Below are positions 59,521 through 64,000 of a stretch of 64,000 nt of DNA, in pieces. Positions within the stretch are counted from its first letter, which is position 1. Each line of letters starts with the position of its first letter. Source of the stretch: Octopus vulgaris (Eukaryota). The notes below the pieces were generated by a model that saw only the letters and a program-made list of their open reading frames with translations, was not told where the DNA came from and did no database searches. The stretch spans positions 102,610,001 through 102,674,000 of the forward strand of contig OX597815.1 in NCBI GenBank assembly GCA_951406725.2. Reading direction: 5' to 3'. A program made the translations under genes and the position numbers.

Positions 59521-59712
59521 TTATCTATCGAATTAAAAGCAGATTTGTGGCTGTAAACATCATTGATTGCGCGCACACACATAGTGCGCCTATATATATA
59601 TATATGTATATATGCGCACACTCACATGCACGCGCGGTCGATAATGTTTACAACCACGAATCTGCTTTTAATTCGATAGATAAATAGATAGATAGAAAGA
59701 TAGGTAGATAGA
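59475..59712. repeat. ~240-bp palindrome with (TATC)n/(GATA)n outer arms and a (TA)n centre
   Basis: ctatcgaattaaaagcagatttgtggctgtaaacat / atgtttacaaccacgaatctgcttttaattcgatag; inner gtgcgc..(TA)n..gcgcac. Confidence 0.88.
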
Positions 59713-60657
59713 AAGATGGTGTATTTGAACTTGTGTATGAGTATGTAACCCTTTCTGTCCAGTGTAAGTCTCCGAAATTCCACTCTCCGCCATAGGCTAA
59801 CGGGAGGCCTGAGCAAAAGAAGCTTGCACAATGTTATCGATACCTTAGTCATGTGATTGCAGACCGAACTATCTAAAGTAGTTCACGGTTTCACACTGCC
59901 AAGTGTATTATTTCTGAATGTGTAGATGATTAGATTTAGGCTAGGAATGTGTCTTTCTAAACAAAAAGCAACCTTTAATCAGCTAAGTTTCTGGTTGATA
60001 TACATTAGTATCACGCATAATACTGCACCTATTTTGAAATAAAGATTCTTAATTCGATCTCTGTCAGAAAATATGTAGGTAACAAGAAATAATTCACCGG
60101 CAGATGATCAGAGATTGAAGCGATCGAAATTAGTGTTCATAAAATTATTGCAAATGTGCGGGTAACACTCCAACGACTTGTATTAATATGTTAGACGTTG
60201 AAACATTTGTTTTCATTCATTAACTCCATCACCACTTTCCTTTAATACGACAGTATGCACTTGCCTATGTTTTACCTATGTACATTTACGCCAAGCTAAT
60301 CTCGTGTACATTTTTTGACAGGATCTTTGCAACTCTAGTAATTACCAGTATTTGTGCGAATATGGCATAATCTATTCAATGTTAATATGCCAAAGATATA
60401 CACATTAGCTTCACATTCGTAGACAATCGGCAATATTCATTGTACGTGCGTGTATATATGTGCGTAAGAGTATTAAATGTGTGTGCGTGTATGTAAACTT
60501 AAAACGGAATGCATGTTTGTATGTATGTATGTATGTATGTATGTATGTATGTATGTATGTATATATCTATCTATCTGTATATACAGACATATACATATAT
60601 ATTTAAAATAAAATATTTAATATATGTATATCTAATATATATATATATATATATATA

Positions 60658-61862
60658 TTGGTAAAAACGGTAAGATAACAAAAGAAAGAAAGAGACCTCA
60701 ATATTATGTAAATAGAGGGAATTTATCTATAAAATGATATGTTACAATTACTCAATAGTCAAGATAAAACTCTGAGTTTCAGATGCCGAAGTGGAAATCC
60801 ACAACAACATCTCTTCGGTTATCAGGCCATCTGAAAAACGCTATGAAAAAATACCGTTATATAAAGGGAAATTACTGTGTTATAATTCTGCTACTTATAT
60901 ATAAGAAGATTAAAAGTTCATAGTAATCACGTAAACATGGCTAGTCATACACTCACATGTGCGCTCGTGGACCACGTGCGTACTTATACGTCACTATGAA
61001 AACGTACACATCCTCACTCGCATTTTCGCCAAATATATAGGCATATATATACAAACTCATACACACACACGCGTACCGTAAAAGTTCATACATACGTCTA
61101 TATATGCACAAGCACAAGAAAAACCATAGTTAAAGGTAACAGAGAAAACATAAGGAAGTATGCAAAGCATAAAAACCACGTTCATATACGGACATGCCCT
61201 TATGCACTCATACATACACACGCCCATATATGTACATACCCGCACATGTTTATATACGCATACATACACACGCATATACAAAAAATGAATATACATATGC
61301 CCCCCCTCAAAAAACCCCCTAAAAATGGAAAAATACTAAGTAAAAACGTCTATATATATATATATACATTCTTATGCCCGCACACACACACACATCTAAA
61401 ACTGCCCACTCATACATATTGCCACACGTGTACAAATGAAACTATATACACGTCTATATAGGCACAGGAAAAAATGCAGGATAAAAGAGTAGAGAAAAAA
61501 TTATTATGTGTGAAAGTATAAAAATATATGAAATAATAAAAGGTATAATGAGATAAAAAACTTTTTGGGACATAATATAGAAAGCAAGTTCTATCTGTTT
61601 TCTTTAGGGGACCAAAAACGTAACAAAAATCTTGTCACATATGGGCATGATCCGAAAAGTTCTGTCCTTGAGTTTAGACATGTAGTAGGGTCTAAGCTGC
61701 TTTTCCAGATAAGCCATATCTCCATGTCGCAGTAATTTCCCTTTATATAACGGTATTTTTTCGTAGCGTTTTTCAGAAGAGATGGTGTCGTGGATTTCCA
61801 CTTCGGCATCTGAAACTCAGAGTTTTATCTTGACTATTGAGTAATTGTAACATATTATTTCA
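60658..61862. mobile_element. Fold-back element 4 with hammerhead-like motif, between (TA)n tracts
   Basis: Inverted arms ~60729-60877 and 61730-61862. (TA)n at 60635-60657 and from 61862. Confidence 0.75.
60763..60823 (-). ncRNA. Variant type I hammerhead-like motif (C4); the plus-arm copy at 61776-61829 lacks the stem I 5' strand and part of the core
   Basis: Minus strand: GAUAA-CCGAAGA-GAUGUUG...GUGGA UU UCCAC...CGGCAUC-U-GAA-ACUCAGAGU-U-UUAUC. Confidence 0.55.
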
Positions 61863-61894
61863 TATATATATATATATATATATAATATGTACAC

Positions 61895-61937
<43 letters not shown>

Positions 61938-63126
61938 GTACACATTAAATATATTAAATATATTAGTCAAATATATTAAAGTGTGTGTTAATTAAATCTA
62001 CTGAATTTATGTTGAGTGCTCTATTGTATCAAAGTATTAATACTATTAAAGTATTTATATATTTAATGCGAGCGATTATATATATGTTTTATAAAATGTT
62101 ATTATTATTAATATCAGGAAATCAATATTAGAAAATTCTTCAGAAAGATATATACGTGTGTAAAATAATTGTTGTATTAAAAATATAAATAAATATATAT
62201 AAGTATATATATATAATGTATATGACTGTTTAAAAGTTTTGAACTAAGTATTTAAAGCATTTTACGATCGTTTCCCAGACGTGCTGCCCCTATAATGAAA
62301 TCCTATATTGATTAGCATTTATAGACAACTCTTCTACTCTTCACAGATATAAAATTTGAATTTTGTATAATATCGAATGGTAGTCTTTTGAAAAATTTGA
62401 AGTAATACTATAAAATGGTGTTTGTTTGAAATATAAACTAAAAATTAAAAATTACTGTTTTTGCTGAGAGTCTTTAAATCCATATATACTTGATTTGTTA
62501 GTCTTCTGTAATACTCCATAATATTCATATGTAAAATCCGTTATATTGTCTGGCATTCCAAATATTGTTCATATACTTAGATAAAATAGAATAATGGAAT
62601 CCTGTATTGATAATCTATAATATAAATTGGACATAGGTGATCGTTGTATTCTTTCTTGTCTTCAGGTTTACAGCCAAATGGCTGGGTGGATTCGCCTGAA
62701 AAATGGCACACATGTGAAAACGGGTGTATACATTAAAATGCTGTTTCTACTTTTTCCTAGGACCCATACTTACCAAGAAAATCGATTAGAACTTTTTCTA
62801 ATGGAAGTTCCCTCTTTCTTCCGCCATTAAAACAACCAGTTGCTTAGGAGCTGTTTTCTGATGGGGTGGGGATCAGGGAATGTTCATACTGCTGGAGGCT
62901 CCAATCGAAACAGGAGACCCGAAATGATAAGGTTGAGAAACGCTGTTATAGATTATGCCTAACCGAAAACGATCACATCCACATCACCCAAACAGACCGG
63001 GTGAAACCAGTCTTATAAGTAACTCTTCTCTTCAGTAATATTAACTTATTTCTTGTGATGTACATGCATTCCAGTTGATTTACACACACACACACACACA
63101 CACACAGACACACACACACACACACA

Positions 63127-63183
<57 letters not shown>

Positions 63184-63194
63184 ATACATATGTA

Positions 63195-63637
63195 TCAGGT
63201 CATCCCATAAGTTCTGTCCGAATTTTGAATAAAGAAAAAAGTGATCAGTAATATCAAATTATTCAGCATGGCATACTTCAGTGTGCGCGACCCCATACTG
63301 CAAACATCACATCACAGAAGATCGAAGAGCTTGGTTGGGAACAAATTCCTCATCCATCTTATTCTCCCGACCTTGCTCCTACAGACTACCATTTGTTTCG
63401 TAGTTTACAGAATCATTTGAGGGACATAACTTTCGCAAGACAGGAGGGGGTCGAAACTGACATCTGAGAGTTCTTCGCTTTGAAACCAAGAGTGAGATTA
63501 AAAAGCTTGTAAACAGATGGTAGGAAGTCATAGATAATCAGCGAAAGTACATCGAAGATTAAATTTCAATTAAATATAACATTTGGTCACTTGTTTTCTT
63601 TATTCAAAATTCGGACAGAACTTACGTGATGACCTGA
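63195..63637 (+). mobile_element. Internally deleted mariner with ~44-bp inverted ends flanked by TA
   Basis: ta|tcaggtcatcccataagttctgtccgaattttgaataaagaaaa ... ttttctttattcaaaattcggacagaacttacgtgatgacctga|ta. Internal ARPHTA...LGWEQIPHPSYSPDLAPTDYHLFRSL is the mariner C-terminus. Confidence 0.92.
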
Positions 63638-63671
63638 TACATATATATGAGTGTGTGTGCGTGTGTGTGTG

Positions 63672-63718
<47 letters not shown>

Positions 63719-64000
63719 ATCCACTGGAATGCCTGTACATCACAAGAAATAATTTCTCTTCACTGATAATTCTCTGGAAATTCACTAATCTTAAATGATA
63801 AAGTATCACTCAATATTTCAGCTCTCATTAATGTACTTGTGATACTCGTTGGTTATACAACGTATCTGTTTTCGCTTTGACGATTTTCATATATATGTTA
63901 GACCATCCTTTAAGTAAGCTGATGCATGCCATCCTGGTTATCTGATTTGTAGGAAGAGACAGGTCTTTTTACGCTTTATAGGTATACGATATTATTCCTT

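Noticed and set aside
58778-59536. 252-aa ORF with an internal repeat
   Set aside because: It arises from the 426-bp tandem repeat and a pyrimidine-rich, stop-poor tract ending in (TATC)n; not protein-like.
62640-62945. Possible Helitron-like start and a hAT-like terminus (aaggttgagaaacgctg)
   Set aside because: No matching opposite end or TSD was found.

Overview
AT-rich, microsatellite-saturated animal genomic DNA with no recognisable host protein-coding exon. Almost all supplied ORFs are translations of (TA)n, (CA)n, (TACA)n, (TATC)n, (TAA)n or (GA)n. The SINE families and repeat landscape suggest a cephalopod (Octopus-like) intergenic or intronic region; this is inference, not proof. Recognisable content: four 5'-truncated R4/Dong-clade LINEs stacked head-to-tail in one (TAA)n array (19.8-26.9 kb); an internally deleted Tx1/L1-clade LINE inside a (TATC)n array (47.0-49.4 kb); three Penelope-like (PLE) RT/GIY-YIG remnants; a HERO-like LINE 3' end; three Tc1/mariner remnants; a MITE with an 8-bp TSD carrying (CCCTAA)n; and many tRNA-type SINEs. 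The most striking signal is non-coding. At least seven mutually dissimilar short elements each carry a type I hammerhead ribozyme (HHR) motif. Three are circularly permuted monomers of about 365, 566 and 500 nt. Four are fold-back (minus copy then plus copy) insertions, and in all seven the HHR-sense 3' end runs into a (TA)n or TA-rich tract. This looks like a diverse population of retrozyme-like or PLE-dependent ribozyme retroelements, some with non-canonical cores (U3-A8, C4, U10.1/U11.1). All RNA structures were folded by eye and activity is untested.
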